A stretch of DNA of 64,000 bases from an uncultured Lentimicrobiaceae bacterium (GCA_964544545.1 CAZJCG010000003.1:54747-118746); one strand, 5' to 3'; shown: positions 1 to 10,005, counted from the stretch's first letter. Notes: a model not told the origin generated them from the sequence alone. Translations and numbers: made by a program.

Positions 1-1854
1 AAGGTATCCTTCATTATTGCTGAAGTTTTCCCTGTATCCGGTCAGGGTATTGGTTTTTGCATCCTGCATGGTATTCCCGACCAGTACATTGATCGTATGA
101 TTCTGGATGTTCTTTGTATAGTCCAGCGTATTTTCCCAGGTAACATCGAAGTAATCTGCATCCTGGGTGGTGAGACAGTTGATCAGTCTGTTTGCATTTC
201 CTTCCGAAAAAGTAGGATCAAAGTCTTTGGTTTGCAGGGAGTATACATTGAGTCCGATGCTTGATTTAAATTGTAAGGAAGGAGTAAACTGGTAGGAGGC
301 AAAGAGGTTGCCAAAGAGTTTGTCGTAGACGGATGTCTTGTCAGACCTGTCGGCCATGCCAAGAGGGTTCTGTGCATCACCTTCGTTGGCTCCCGGACCG
401 GCATAGCTGCCGTCTTCATTATAAACAGGGATGGTAGGCGGCTGGAAAATGGCTGAACGAACAACACCATTGATTTCGGTATCGATAAGATCTTCCGAAA
501 TTCTGGACAGATTCATGTTGGTACCGACAACGAAATTTTTTGATACGTTGGAGTTGAGGTTGAAACGGATATTGTACCGTTTGAAATCGGAGTAGTTCAC
601 AATGCCATCCTGACCGTAATATCCAAGACCCAGGAGGTAGGATGTTTTATCGGTGCCGCTGGTAAATGACAAATCATATTTCTGAAAAGCGGCCTTCCTG
701 AAGATCACATCCTGCCAGTCGGTTCCGGCACCCAGTCCGGGGTTGTTCCAGACGGGTTCGAGTCCGTCGTTTTTAAGAGCCTCATCCATCACTTCGGTGT
801 ACTGGTCGGCAGTAAGCAGGTCGAGTTTGTTGGAGATTGCCTGAACGCCATACTGGGCATTAAACTGCACCTGGGAGACTCCTGATTGTCCTTTCTTGGT
901 TGTGATGAGTACGACACCGTTGGCGGCCCTGGCACCGTAAATGGCAGCAGCAGAGGCATCTTTCAATACGCTTATCGACTCGATGTCGTTGGTGTTCAGG
1001 CTGTTGATGCCGTCTTTGGTGGAAACTCCGTCAATTACATACAACGGATCGCTGTCGCCAATCGTGCCGATTCCCCTGATCCGGACCTGAACGCCTGCAC
1101 CCGGAGTACCGTAATTCTCAGTAACCTGAACACCTGCAACCTGGCCTTGTAAAGCCTGCTGAACACCGACTACCGGCAATTTCTGTATCTCTTTGCTGCT
1201 AACCGTAGAAACGGCTCCGGTGAGATCCTTCTTTAACTGGGTTCCATAACCGACAACAACCACTTCATCCAGGTTCATCACATCCTGCACCATCATTACA
1301 TCGATGCTGGAACGGCCCTGCAACGGTATTTCCTGCGTAAGATATCCGATAAAGGAAAAGATAAGCGTAACATTCAGATCCGGAACTGTCAGCGAAAAAT
1401 TGCCGTGCTGGTCGCTGGAAGTTCCCTGGAAGGTGTTTTTTATCTGGATAGTGACGCCGGGTAGCGGCCCTGACTTGTCCTTTACAGTCCCGCTCACCTT
1501 TATCTCCTGAGGTTGTGCTTCTGTCGCCCTGGTGGTGGTTTTCATTTCCTTATTGGAAAGAAGAATGATTTTGTCGATGACCCGGAATTTTATCCCGGTT
1601 CCTTTCAGAACCTTCTCCATTACCACATCAATCAGTTCGTTTTTAGCATGAACCGAAACTTTCTTTACAACGATGTCTTCAATATCCGATTCATAGGCAA
1701 ACTCAAATTCTGTTTGCTGTTTGATATCATCAATCACCGTTTGAAGGGGGACATTCTTGTACTCGAGGTTCAACCGGACTTTTTGGGCATAGGTTTCGCC
1801 GGCAACTGCCGTCAGGAACGAACAAAGCACCAAAGCCACTATCATGTTTGACAT
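1..1854 (-). CDS. SusC/RagA-type TonB-dependent receptor with N-terminal STN signalling domain (C-terminal part lies beyond the left window edge)
   Basis: Absent from the ORF track because it is open at the window edge. Minus-strand translation from ATG 1854..1852 gives MSNMIVALVLCSFLTAVAGETYAQKVRLNLEYKNVPLQTVIDDIKQQTEFEF (signal + STN-like). It continues with IKVSGTVKDKSGPLPGVTIQIKN (CarboxypepD_reg-like), then DEVVVVGYGTQLKKDLTGAVS and ISVLKDASAAAIYGARAANGVVLITTKKG (plug). The frame is uninterrupted for 618 codons down to position 1. Confidence 0.9.
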   Translation of the reverse strand, partial: MSNMIVALVLCSFLTAVAGETYAQKVRLNLEYKNVPLQTVIDDIKQQTEFEFAYESDIEDIVVKKVSVHAKNELIDVVMEKVLKGTGIKFRVIDKIILLSNKEMKTTTRATEAQPQEIKVSGTVKDKSGPLPGVTIQIKNTFQGTSSDQHGNFSLTVPDLNVTLIFSFIGYLTQEIPLQGRSSIDVMMVQDVMNLDEVVVVGYGTQLKKDLTGAVSTVSSKEIQKLPVVGVQQALQGQVAGVQVTENYGTPGAGVQVRIRGIGTIGDSDPLYVIDGVSTKDGINSLNTNDIESISVLKDASAAAIYGARAANGVVLITTKKGQSGVSQVQFNAQYGVQAISNKLDLLTADQYTEVMDEALKNDGLEPVWNNPGLGAGTDWQDVIFRKAAFQKYDLSFTSGTDKTSYLLGLGYYGQDGIVNYSDFKRYNIRFNLNSNVSKNFVVGTNMNLSRISEDLIDTEINGVVRSAIFQPPTIPVYNEDGSYAGPGANEGDAQNPLGMADRSDKTSVYDKLFGNLFASYQFTPSLQFKSSIGLNVYSLQTKDFDPTFSEGNANRLINCLTTQDADYFDVTWENTLDYTKNIQNHTINVLVGNTMQDAKTNTLTGYRENFSNNEGYL

Positions 1855-2059
1855 AATGAGTATTTTGATTAAAAAACTCCTGTCAAAAGCATACGCCTTT
1901 GCTTTTTCTTTCATAATTTTGTAAAGATTTAATTAACAAGACTTTGTGGTTTTTTAATTGAATCATTTCTGACCGGGAAAAGCTCTCACCTTCTTCCCGG
2001 TTTCTTTTTTCAATTCAGGGGCTCATGGTTAGCTGGTTTATATTCTTTTATACAGGTGG

Positions 2060-3088
2060 TTAGCGTTTTACTTTTGTCCCGGTTGATTTCGACACCGGGA
2101 TTACTTTCAGATTCAGCTGGTCGACAGGCGCAACAAACCTGAGCATGCCTATCACCGTATCAAGATCCTGTTTCAGCAGGAAGACAAAATTGTATTTTGA
2201 TTTGATCCTGCCCATAGCAGCCGCATCATACTGAAACTTCACATCATACACATCCTCAAGCTTATTTAATATCTCCGTAAGTTGGGCGTTCTCGAAAACT
2301 ACTTTGCCCTGCTGCCAGGCTGTATATACCTCTGTGTTCACGTCTGAAATCCCGGCACTCTTGTTGCCTGACCGGGTAGTTGCCATCTGACCGGGCTTAA
2401 GTATTGCGATCTGTTTGCCTTCAGGACTCAACAGTGCAACCGAGCCTTTTACCAGCACAGTTTGCGTAATGTTTCCCCTCACTTTGGTATTTACGTTGAA
2501 CGTGGTGCCGAGTACTTCGATAGTCTGTGAACGGGTTGAAACCACGAAATGCGTTGAAGGATCATGGGTGACCTGAAAATAGGCTTCCCCTTCCAGTTCA
2601 ACATTCCGGCTTTTTTTACCGAATTCTGCCGGGTAAACCAGTCTGGCTCCGTGGTTCAGCCATACGCTTGTCCCGTCGGAGAGTTGCACCATTTCTATCT
2701 CGCCTTTCAGAGAGGCGACTTTGGTGATCATTTTCTCACCTGTGGATAAATGTCTGAATTGCCAGGCGAGTGCGGATATTCCGAGGATGCCGATGAAGAT
2801 GGCGGCATACCTGAGGATTCGTCCCGGAAGGATCACGGGTTTTCTGTTCTGAAGCCTGTCAATTCTTTTGTTTATTGTGGATAAAGTTCGTTCGAGTTCG
2901 GGGCCGGAGGCGTATTCTTCTACTTTTCTGGCGTTCCAGATCATTTTCAGATAGGCAAACGTTTTCCTGTTCTCCTCCGATTGGGCTAACCACTCCCTGA
3001 GTTGTGATTCTTCTTCGGGAGTGCTTATACCCTGGATTTTCCTCAATACTATCTCATCGATATTTTTCAAGATCGGTCTGTTTAGCAT
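2060..3088 (-). CDS. FecR-family anti-sigma factor / transmembrane sensor
   Basis: N-terminus GISTPEEESQLREWLAQSEENRKTFAYLKMIWN, a single TM segment ILRYAAIFIGILGISALAW, and a C-terminal FecR-like sensor region. It lies between the ECF sigma gene and the STN-SusC gene. The start is probably ATG 3088 (MLNRPIL) rather than the ORF-track start at 3169. Confidence 0.85.
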   Translation of the reverse strand: MLNRPILKNIDEIVLRKIQGISTPEEESQLREWLAQSEENRKTFAYLKMIWNARKVEEYASGPELERTLSTINKRIDRLQNRKPVILPGRILRYAAIFIGILGISALAWQFRHLSTGEKMITKVASLKGEIEMVQLSDGTSVWLNHGARLVYPAEFGKKSRNVELEGEAYFQVTHDPSTHFVVSTRSQTIEVLGTTFNVNTKVRGNITQTVLVKGSVALLSPEGKQIAILKPGQMATTRSGNKSAGISDVNTEVYTAWQQGKVVFENAQLTEILNKLEDVYDVKFQYDAAAMGRIKSKYNFVFLLKQDLDTVIGMLRFVAPVDQLNLKVIPVSKSTGTKVKR

Positions 3089-3326
3089 TATGACAATCCA
3101 ATCCGAAAAACTACTTAGTCCGTAGGCAAATTTTTTCCGAAGCGATAAGAAAAGACCGAAAGACGGCATTCGATCGGAATCCGGTGGGTTGGTCTGACAG
3201 GGATAACGGTTGAAAATGAATTCTGAGAGAAATCCTTAGCCCGGGATCTCGTAAGAGGCCGCGGGCATTATCTTTTATCCGGGAAATCAGGTCTTGAGAT
3301 TATGAGCCGGCTCAATCATGCCGGGA

Positions 3327-3935
3327 TCAGAGATAGAGGGGAAACAGCAGGAAAATTTTGTCTTTCAGTCTGGCCCGGAGGAATTTCAGGGCAGCATAAA
3401 CATGCGAGTTGACAGTACGTTCCGAAATGTTCAGTTCTGTGGCAATATCCCTTGCCTTCATTTCATGGATATAGCTTTTAATGAAGGCTTCCCTGCATTT
3501 AAGAGGCAACTCGTTGATGGCGCTGATCAATTCGGTCCTGAGTTCCGTACTGTAAATCTTCCGGATAATCTCATTTTGATCGGGATCGTAGTAGTCTGTT
3601 TCATTTCCGGCACGATCCTCTGAATTGCGCTGATAATAGTCGCGTTGAACTTTGCTCCTTTTTATATGGTTCAGGCAGCGCAGGTATACTGCCTTGAAAA
3701 GGTAGGCCTCAAGGGATGTATGGATTACCAGGGTTTCTGCGTTATCATAAATATAGACCATCAAATCCTGCACAATGTCCTGAGCGGTATCCTTGTCGGT
3801 GAACAATTCTCCGTAAGCCAGTAAACGGGGTACATAGGAACGGAAAATATGATCGAACTGCTTCCGGTCAGCTCTGGAAGGAAGTTCGTCAGTTTCGGGA
3901 AGTTTCCGGTCGTATTGTGGTTTAGAGGGAGCCAA
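3327..3935 (-). CDS. ECF-type RNA polymerase sigma-70 factor
   Basis: 202 aa. Region-2-like DIVQDLMVYIYDN and region-4 HTH MKARDIATELNISERTVNSHVYAALKFLR. Located directly upstream of FecR on the same strand. Confidence 0.85.
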   Translation of the reverse strand: MAPSKPQYDRKLPETDELPSRADRKQFDHIFRSYVPRLLAYGELFTDKDTAQDIVQDLMVYIYDNAETLVIHTSLEAYLFKAVYLRCLNHIKRSKVQRDYYQRNSEDRAGNETDYYDPDQNEIIRKIYSTELRTELISAINELPLKCREAFIKSYIHEMKARDIATELNISERTVNSHVYAALKFLRARLKDKIFLLFPLYL

Positions 3936-4165
3936 TTTAGCCGAACAAGTATTTGGTCTTTCAAAAAGTACTTCTAACAGTTACAAAGTTAGAAAACCGG
4001 GTTAATGAAAGTTAAAAAAGAAGATTAAAATCTTCAACCTATATTTCGCTGTATTTATGCGGCAATCTAAGGTGAAAAAATGAGATGAACAGGAAGGTTG
4101 CTGTTTTTCAATCTTAAGATCTTCAGGGTCTGATAAAGCAAGCTGATCCTGTTTTCCCTTCATAA

Positions 4166-6835
4166 TCAGACTGTATCAGCCTCCGGTACGGCTATGTTTT
4201 CCATTATACATACACCGGCAAGCTTTTCCAGCGACCAGGGGAGGTTGTAATCGAAGAGTCGTCCATAGGGCTGCTTCAGCAGGGCAATGAGAAATAAGCT
4301 GTCCTTGTCGAAGCCTGAAGGCAGAGAGGCTTCGATCTCATTCCAGTCGGGGGAAGCCAGCTTCAGGGGAAGAAAAGCATCGGAATCCATGGATGATAGT
4401 GCAATGGAGTTCAGATCGTCGGTAAGTATCTTGTTCCTGGTCCGGTTCAGGTGCCTTTCACCAAACTCGGAAAGGACCTGCATATATTTCTCAAAAAGGA
4501 TATATTCATTGAGCATAAAGGCGATGCCGGCGGGGTCGAAAGCCCTCCAGAATGCAATCGGGTGAGGATGGCACAAGAACCTTCCCAGCATGAAAGCCCC
4601 GGCAGTGAAGCCGCTCAGTTTCTCCTTACGGCACATGCTGATCACATTCCTGAAAAAGATGGTCCTGCGATTGGTGGTCAGGAGGTTGTAAATTTTATGC
4701 TGATCCAGGTGAGAGCCGAGACCGCTTTTCAGGATCTCCGTATAATAGTATTCTGAATGCGTATCGAACCAGCCATTAACAAACTCCACGGCTTTCTCGG
4801 GCCGTTGGTCATAGTCGTTTCGGATCAGTTTTACCAGATCAGGCAGGGTCATTGCCTCCTCGGTCCTGAGAGTGCTCAGGATTTCCTGGTACGACTTGTA
4901 TGCTTTTGCCATATTAATGAAGACGGTCTCTTCCTTAATATCCATCTCTAAAGTTGTACCCTCGATGTATTTCTGAAACCGTGCAGGCTTGAAACTTGCT
5001 TTTCCCGCATAGATACAGTGGTTTTTGCTCGATACGGTGATCCACTCTCCTTCGTGAATCACCATTCCCGCATCATTGCAGATCACGTCACCGCATAATT
5101 TCATACGGTGGTTCTTGAGGTTGATAAACGCAGGGATACCGTATCCCAGGCAGGCAGTTACCACATGGATTGCAAGGGGATTCATGCAAAGGATCGCATC
5201 CAGTTCTCCCATGAAGATGGTTTCGGAAGGGATGAAGTTCTCCTTGCAGAGGCATACTCTTTCGCCTTTTTTCTTGGCCTCAAGGGCCTTGGCCATTGTA
5301 AAATATAATCTGGCGGACACGGCCGATCGCGGCAGGACCGACACCCCGGTGCCGAAGAGAATCATGGATTTCAGCGAGGCATCATCGATGCGTTCGGAAA
5401 ATATCTGCCGCAGGTGGTACGGGCGGATCAGGTTTATGACTCTTTCCTTGGATATGATTTTTTTCTGATAAAGATCAATCGCCGTAAGCAGGGTTGAACG
5501 GCCTGTCAGCTCCGACATATTGAGCTGCAGCAAAGCAAAGAAAGAAGTCCCTTCGAACGATTCAACCGCAAACTCAATTGTCGCAGGCGATTTCAGCTTT
5601 TCCTCCAGTTTGGGCAGGATAGGGGTGAAGTGGTAGATGGCGGGGAATTCCTCTTTGATCTCATGCCTGTTGAAGTATTCGCGCTGTTCAGCGTGAACAG
5701 TGCCGGTCATGATATCCTCACCGAAAATCCCTCGCACGCTTTCAATCTGCATCCCCAGACCCGTACGGGGATGCCGGCTGTAAAGGACTCCCGGGTACGA
5801 TTCCTTGTTCCTGACGGTCCAGACCATTTTCTGCAGGATCAGGGCCGGGTAGGTAAGATGGCCGCGCTGAAAGGTGTAAATAAGGTCCTGGTTCCGCTTG
5901 AAAAAGTCATGGGAACTTTTCATGAAGAGGGAGGTCTGGTAGTGCGCATCATAAAGAGCCCGTTCATCAACTGACTCAATCCGACTGAAGAGCCGGCAGA
6001 TGCGGGCTTCGATCTCTTCGGCAGGGGGTACGCCTTCTCCTTTCTTTATATCCTGAAAATCATGCTCCTGTGCCAGGATCTGACAGGTATTCTGGAGATT
6101 GTTAAGGTAGATCTTCCATGCCACCTCCTTTCCGAAATGGTTTTCAAGGCTCGGCAGGCTTGCTTTGGTTACTCCCACATTCAGGTAGGTAGGCATTACC
6201 CCCGGGATATAAAAGGGCGTTGCAGAACGTAAGGCAAAGATCAGGGGTTTGTCCGTTCCGCCAAGATTCTCGCCGGTCATCTTCTCCAGGTTCGAGATCG
6301 CGTCGAGCAGGCATGCTTCCCGTTCGGACTCATCGAGCTGATAAGAGTTGGATGTGAGTGTGCAGAAATCAGGGACCGGGTATCCTTCGCGGTAGAGATC
6401 GAGCAGTACCTTGCCTTTCTGGCTCAGCATAATGTCGTCATACGGTTTTGGCGTGCAGGACGGGACAACCATCATGTTCTCTGTGAACGCTAACTTCTCC
6501 ATCCTCTGCTTCAACTTCTCCAGGTAATTTGTCCGGATGCTGTGCTTTTCTTCCAAAGCGTAAGGGTTCTCTTCCGGCGGGGTGATAAGAAGATCGAGGT
6601 AATGGTGTGCCTTCTGTCTGTCGCTATGGTTCAGGATGAGGACGTCGGCAGCAGAGAGCGGAAGTTCATGAAAGACTTTTTCACCCTGTCGCCTGAACTC
6701 TAACTCCGGTTTCCGGAGGTCTTCACCTGTGACAGCCGGGCACCCTTCATCAGGCTGGTTAAGGGCCTGCGTCAGCGAAAAGAAGTTTGGATAAAAAGAC
6801 CTGATCCTGAATTCAATAGTGTGATCATGCGACAT
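4166..6835 (-). CDS. Pyruvate-phosphate-dikinase-like PEP/pyruvate-binding protein with a divergent C-terminus
   Basis: 889 aa. PPDK-like ATP-grasp blocks: PLIFALRSATPFYIPGVMPTYLNVGVT and VLYSRHPRTGLGMQIESVRGIFGEDIMTGTVHAEQ. A swivel-domain-like block retains a His (DAILCMNPLAIHVVTACLGYGIPAF). In the last ~250 aa I see no PEP-utilizer TIM-barrel motifs. Confidence 0.65.
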   Translation of the reverse strand: MSHDHTIEFRIRSFYPNFFSLTQALNQPDEGCPAVTGEDLRKPELEFRRQGEKVFHELPLSAADVLILNHSDRQKAHHYLDLLITPPEENPYALEEKHSIRTNYLEKLKQRMEKLAFTENMMVVPSCTPKPYDDIMLSQKGKVLLDLYREGYPVPDFCTLTSNSYQLDESEREACLLDAISNLEKMTGENLGGTDKPLIFALRSATPFYIPGVMPTYLNVGVTKASLPSLENHFGKEVAWKIYLNNLQNTCQILAQEHDFQDIKKGEGVPPAEEIEARICRLFSRIESVDERALYDAHYQTSLFMKSSHDFFKRNQDLIYTFQRGHLTYPALILQKMVWTVRNKESYPGVLYSRHPRTGLGMQIESVRGIFGEDIMTGTVHAEQREYFNRHEIKEEFPAIYHFTPILPKLEEKLKSPATIEFAVESFEGTSFFALLQLNMSELTGRSTLLTAIDLYQKKIISKERVINLIRPYHLRQIFSERIDDASLKSMILFGTGVSVLPRSAVSARLYFTMAKALEAKKKGERVCLCKENFIPSETIFMGELDAILCMNPLAIHVVTACLGYGIPAFINLKNHRMKLCGDVICNDAGMVIHEGEWITVSSKNHCIYAGKASFKPARFQKYIEGTTLEMDIKEETVFINMAKAYKSYQEILSTLRTEEAMTLPDLVKLIRNDYDQRPEKAVEFVNGWFDTHSEYYYTEILKSGLGSHLDQHKIYNLLTTNRRTIFFRNVISMCRKEKLSGFTAGAFMLGRFLCHPHPIAFWRAFDPAGIAFMLNEYILFEKYMQVLSEFGERHLNRTRNKILTDDLNSIALSSMDSDAFLPLKLASPDWNEIEASLPSGFDKDSLFLIALLKQPYGRLFDYNLPWSLEKLAGVCIMENIAVPEADTV

Positions 6836-7430
6836 AGAAACACAGGTGTTAACCGGAAAATCTGTTCTGTTGATCTATATTGTAAGAATCGGAACTAAGG
6901 AAATGAATAGTACAGCCTTTCAGCTCTCGGCTTGTCGGGCGAATTGCCGGCACCTGTGACAGCTAAAATGATCATTGTTGATTTTGACAGAAAGCTGATT
7001 CGTAAAAGTACATCATTATAAGCTTGCGCCTTTTCAAAACTGTCCGGAAAAATTCATAGGAATATCATTCTGAAGCTGATGAAATACGTAAACCGGACTG
7101 GTCCCTTTAATTTGAATTGCTTTCCAATTGTCCTCTCGGAATTGATCTGGGAGCCGGCCGAAAAGGCAGACAGACTTCTGATGATCCCGGTCTGCGATCC
7201 TGACTCGCGGATTTGCGGACTGGTTTCTACGGCTTTATATTGCAGTTACTGGTTTTTACCCCGGTTTCCTGCCCGGGGTCCGGAGGCTTAAGGCTCTGAA
7301 CTGAGATAGATGTCCTGGCTTTTCTGAGGGAATGATGGTTATAATAAATCTGTTTCCCGGGATATTTGAAGTGCCGACCTGAATATGGCTACAATTGCTT
7401 TTTATATGTTTAGCACGGTATGTTGCTGTT

Positions 7431-7469
7431 TTAAAAAGATAAGCCTGAAATTCAATGAATTTCAGGCTT
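7431..7469 (-). terminator. Hairpin plus T-run, probably the original tRNA-Leu terminator now separated from the tRNA by the island
   Basis: Perfect 12-bp stem aagcctgaaatt / aatttcaggctt (7441..7452 and 7458..7469) with loop caatg. On the minus strand it is followed by atcttttt. It sits immediately outside the orphan tRNA 3'-end copy. Confidence 0.6.
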
Positions 7470-7477
7470 TTATTTTC

Positions 7478-7508
7478 GTACCCGAAGCCGGAATCGAACC
7501 GGCATGGC
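7478..7508. repeat. Island-distal att repeat: orphan copy of the tRNA-Leu 3' end
   Basis: gtacccgaagccggaatcgaaccggcatggc is identical over 31 bp to 34518..34548. No D-arm or anticodon arm follows it, so it is not a second tRNA gene. Confidence 0.9.
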
Positions 7509-7579
7509 ATGTAAAGAACATGCATATATAAAGCGTTGAAAATCAGCTAACTAAAAAATAACACATATAAGTTAGCTGC

Positions 7580-8761
7580 ATGTATAAGCTATCTGTCGGC
7601 AACATTCGGCAACATGTTTTTATCATCTGCCGTTTTAATTACACCCGGGTTGTTTACTCCACCGGGCTGCCTTTCGAGAAGGTTTACTGGAGAAACAATG
7701 TCCTGTCAAAGAACCATCCGGAGTATGACAGGTATATGGAAATAATAGGTGAAGGAATCCAACTTATGACCAATGCGGTCATGGAGGCGAGCAAGCTGGG
7801 ACCTTTGACTGCGGAAAATGTCCGGCTGAAGATCCAGGAGATTAAGCAATCTGACATCATTAAAGCCGGCAGGGCGGCAAGTGTGCATCTCCAGTTCCAG
7901 CTTGTTTCGGATTTCATCAGGTACATCGAGACCAAGAAGGCTTTCCTTACCCACAACACCATCCGGAACTATAACTACACCCGCGCGATACTGGAGGAGT
8001 TCGAAGAGTACATGGACACCAAGCTGGATATCCAGACTTTCGACTACAAACAACTGGAGCAGTTCGTTGCTTTTTTAATTCTGAAGAAGGATCTACTGAA
8101 CAACACCGTGGCAAAGCACATTTCAGTCCTGAAGGTATTCATCCGGTACACCTATCCAGGGGTCGATACCAAATTCTTGAAATACAAAGCCTACATGCCT
8201 GAAGTAATCGCCCTCACAGAGGACGAATTGACTATCGTAAAATATACCCCGATGAACGGGTATAAGGCAAAGACAAAGGATTTATTCCTGTTCCTGGCAT
8301 CTACCGGTATGCGATATTCTGATTCCCAGCGCTTTAATTTTTCATGGGTCGATGATGATGTGATCGAGTATTCCGCCCAGAAAACCAAGTCCCGCGCTTT
8401 CGTTCCCATGTTTTCCCAGGCGAAAGAGATCGTGGAAAGGTATGGCGGCAGACCGCCGAAGATCTCATCCCAAAGATTCAACGACTACCTGAAACTCGTG
8501 CTGAAAGATTGCGGGCTGAACCGACCGGTTGTGCTCCGGGACCGTCAGGGGAACAAAGAGATCGAGACCATCTATCCTATTTGGGAGGTCGCTTCCTCTC
8601 ACCTTGGGCGCAAGACCTTCATTTCCATCATGCTGGAGAAGGGAGTTCCGATCCAGGACGTTATGAATATGTCCGGGCACCAGGACTATCGATCCATGAA
8701 GCCGTACATATTTGTAAACCGTAAAAGGCTGCGGGATTTTTCAAAAAGAATAGATATATAA
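7580..8761 (+). CDS. Tyrosine-type site-specific integrase
   Basis: 393 aa. Catalytic pattern: R in STGMRYSD, H-x-x-R in SSHLGRKTF, and His plus the Tyr nucleophile in MSGHQDYRSMKPYI. Adjacent to the att repeat. Confidence 0.9.
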   Translation: MYKLSVGNIRQHVFIICRFNYTRVVYSTGLPFEKVYWRNNVLSKNHPEYDRYMEIIGEGIQLMTNAVMEASKLGPLTAENVRLKIQEIKQSDIIKAGRAASVHLQFQLVSDFIRYIETKKAFLTHNTIRNYNYTRAILEEFEEYMDTKLDIQTFDYKQLEQFVAFLILKKDLLNNTVAKHISVLKVFIRYTYPGVDTKFLKYKAYMPEVIALTEDELTIVKYTPMNGYKAKTKDLFLFLASTGMRYSDSQRFNFSWVDDDVIEYSAQKTKSRAFVPMFSQAKEIVERYGGRPPKISSQRFNDYLKLVLKDCGLNRPVVLRDRQGNKEIETIYPIWEVASSHLGRKTFISIMLEKGVPIQDVMNMSGHQDYRSMKPYIFVNRKRLRDFSKRIDI

Positions 8762-8986
8762 ACTTGCTTTAAACCTATTATTAATTATGGTCTCCTTACT
8801 ATCATTTACCTAATGGAATATTTTCGATTCAACGCGTCAACCAGCACTAATACTGAAAAAAGCCTTAAATGAAAAAATAGTAAACATGCCGTCATTTACA
8901 GAGCTAATATGGAGTTCTTAAATAAATTTAAAATAATACTTTGTAACAGTTGAGTATTTTCATAGAAGTTAATATTTCAAATCAAT

Positions 8987-9850
8987 TTATATTGAGTTCA
9001 ATGAATTATCAATTTCTTCTAATCTCTTTTGTTTTTCACGCTCAGCCTCATTCGCTTTTTTGTTGAGGTGTTGTTGATCTGTATATTTTATTGTAAGGCT
9101 AGTAATTTCTACAAACCTTATTTCCTTTCCAAGATACGCTGATGTAGTTATGCTTTTTTTGTCATCATGCTCTATTTCGATTACGATCTTGTTATTAGTT
9201 AGTTGCCAAGAATAAGACTCATATCGGTAATATGACTTAGTTATATACTCCGAATAGTATTTATTGTCGTTTTCAGGGTCTTTGCCTATTACTTTTGCCG
9301 TTTCATAGTTTATCGGATCTCTCACTTCTTTTGTCGGGATACCATATCTTGAAGTATATAACCTGATGATATTATCAACATAATCATAATTTGTTTCATT
9401 TTCACTACAATTTGTCAGATATAAACTCATTTGAAATAATTTCCCAAATTCAAAATTTGGATAAAGGTTAAAGCATTGTTCTACTATTTGATCAGGTTCG
9501 TTATAGTTTTTGGCTACGCTAATCTTAAATAAGGTTGAACTGTTGTTGGAAGACCTTGAAATGACATCGTGTCTTAAAAGAGAATCTCTAATAATAACAT
9601 ATTCAACAGAATCCATCCCTGTCCAAAAGTTTAGAAAGAGAAAGTTACCATAATGCCTATCTCTCTTATGGATTGTCATTTCATACTTCTCTGAGGATAC
9701 AATTAAGGTGTCATTTGGCTGCATTACTTCTTTTATGCTGTCTGCAACCATTGTTGAAATCGAGCCTTGATTGATTTTTGGAGCAGGATTATTACAACAG
9801 GAAAGCACCATACAGCCAAATGCAACTAGAAGTTTGTTTGTTGAAACCAT
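8987..9850 (-). CDS. Hypothetical lipoprotein
   Basis: 287 aa with a lipoprotein-type signal LLVAFGCMVLSCCNN. AT-rich. No family recognised. Confidence 0.5.
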   Translation of the reverse strand: MVSTNKLLVAFGCMVLSCCNNPAPKINQGSISTMVADSIKEVMQPNDTLIVSSEKYEMTIHKRDRHYGNFLFLNFWTGMDSVEYVIIRDSLLRHDVISRSSNNSSTLFKISVAKNYNEPDQIVEQCFNLYPNFEFGKLFQMSLYLTNCSENETNYDYVDNIIRLYTSRYGIPTKEVRDPINYETAKVIGKDPENDNKYYSEYITKSYYRYESYSWQLTNNKIVIEIEHDDKKSITTSAYLGKEIRFVEITSLTIKYTDQQHLNKKANEAEREKQKRLEEIDNSLNSI

Positions 9851-10005
9851 TGATAAAAAACTTAGGTGTTTGTGCAGTATACTTGGAAACTATAAGAAAT
9901 GAGTAGTTATAACAACAAATATATTTACTGTTTTATTTAGTAGATTATAATGGGTGAAATTTTTCGCAAATATTATTATAGGTACTTCAATCTGACACAC
10001 TCCAA

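Noticed and set aside
6836-7430. ~600-bp gene-free stretch upstream of the PPDK-like gene, examined for a riboswitch, 6S, SRP, RNase P or tmRNA
   Set aside because: I could not recognise any conserved core motif of these RNAs by eye. It is probably a promoter or 5' UTR plus the tRNA downstream region. An Rfam scan would be needed to say more.
7256-7525. 89-aa minus-strand ORF overlapping the orphan att copy and the terminator hairpin
   Set aside because: It spans a structured non-coding region and the tRNA-derived repeat. It has no protein-like motifs.
7478-7570. Possible second complete tRNA gene at the left island end
   Set aside because: Only the 31 nt matching the tRNA-Leu 3' end are present. 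The sequence that would have to form the variable, anticodon and D arms (atgtaaagaacatgcatatataaagcg...) does not fold into a cloverleaf. I therefore treat it as an att duplication.
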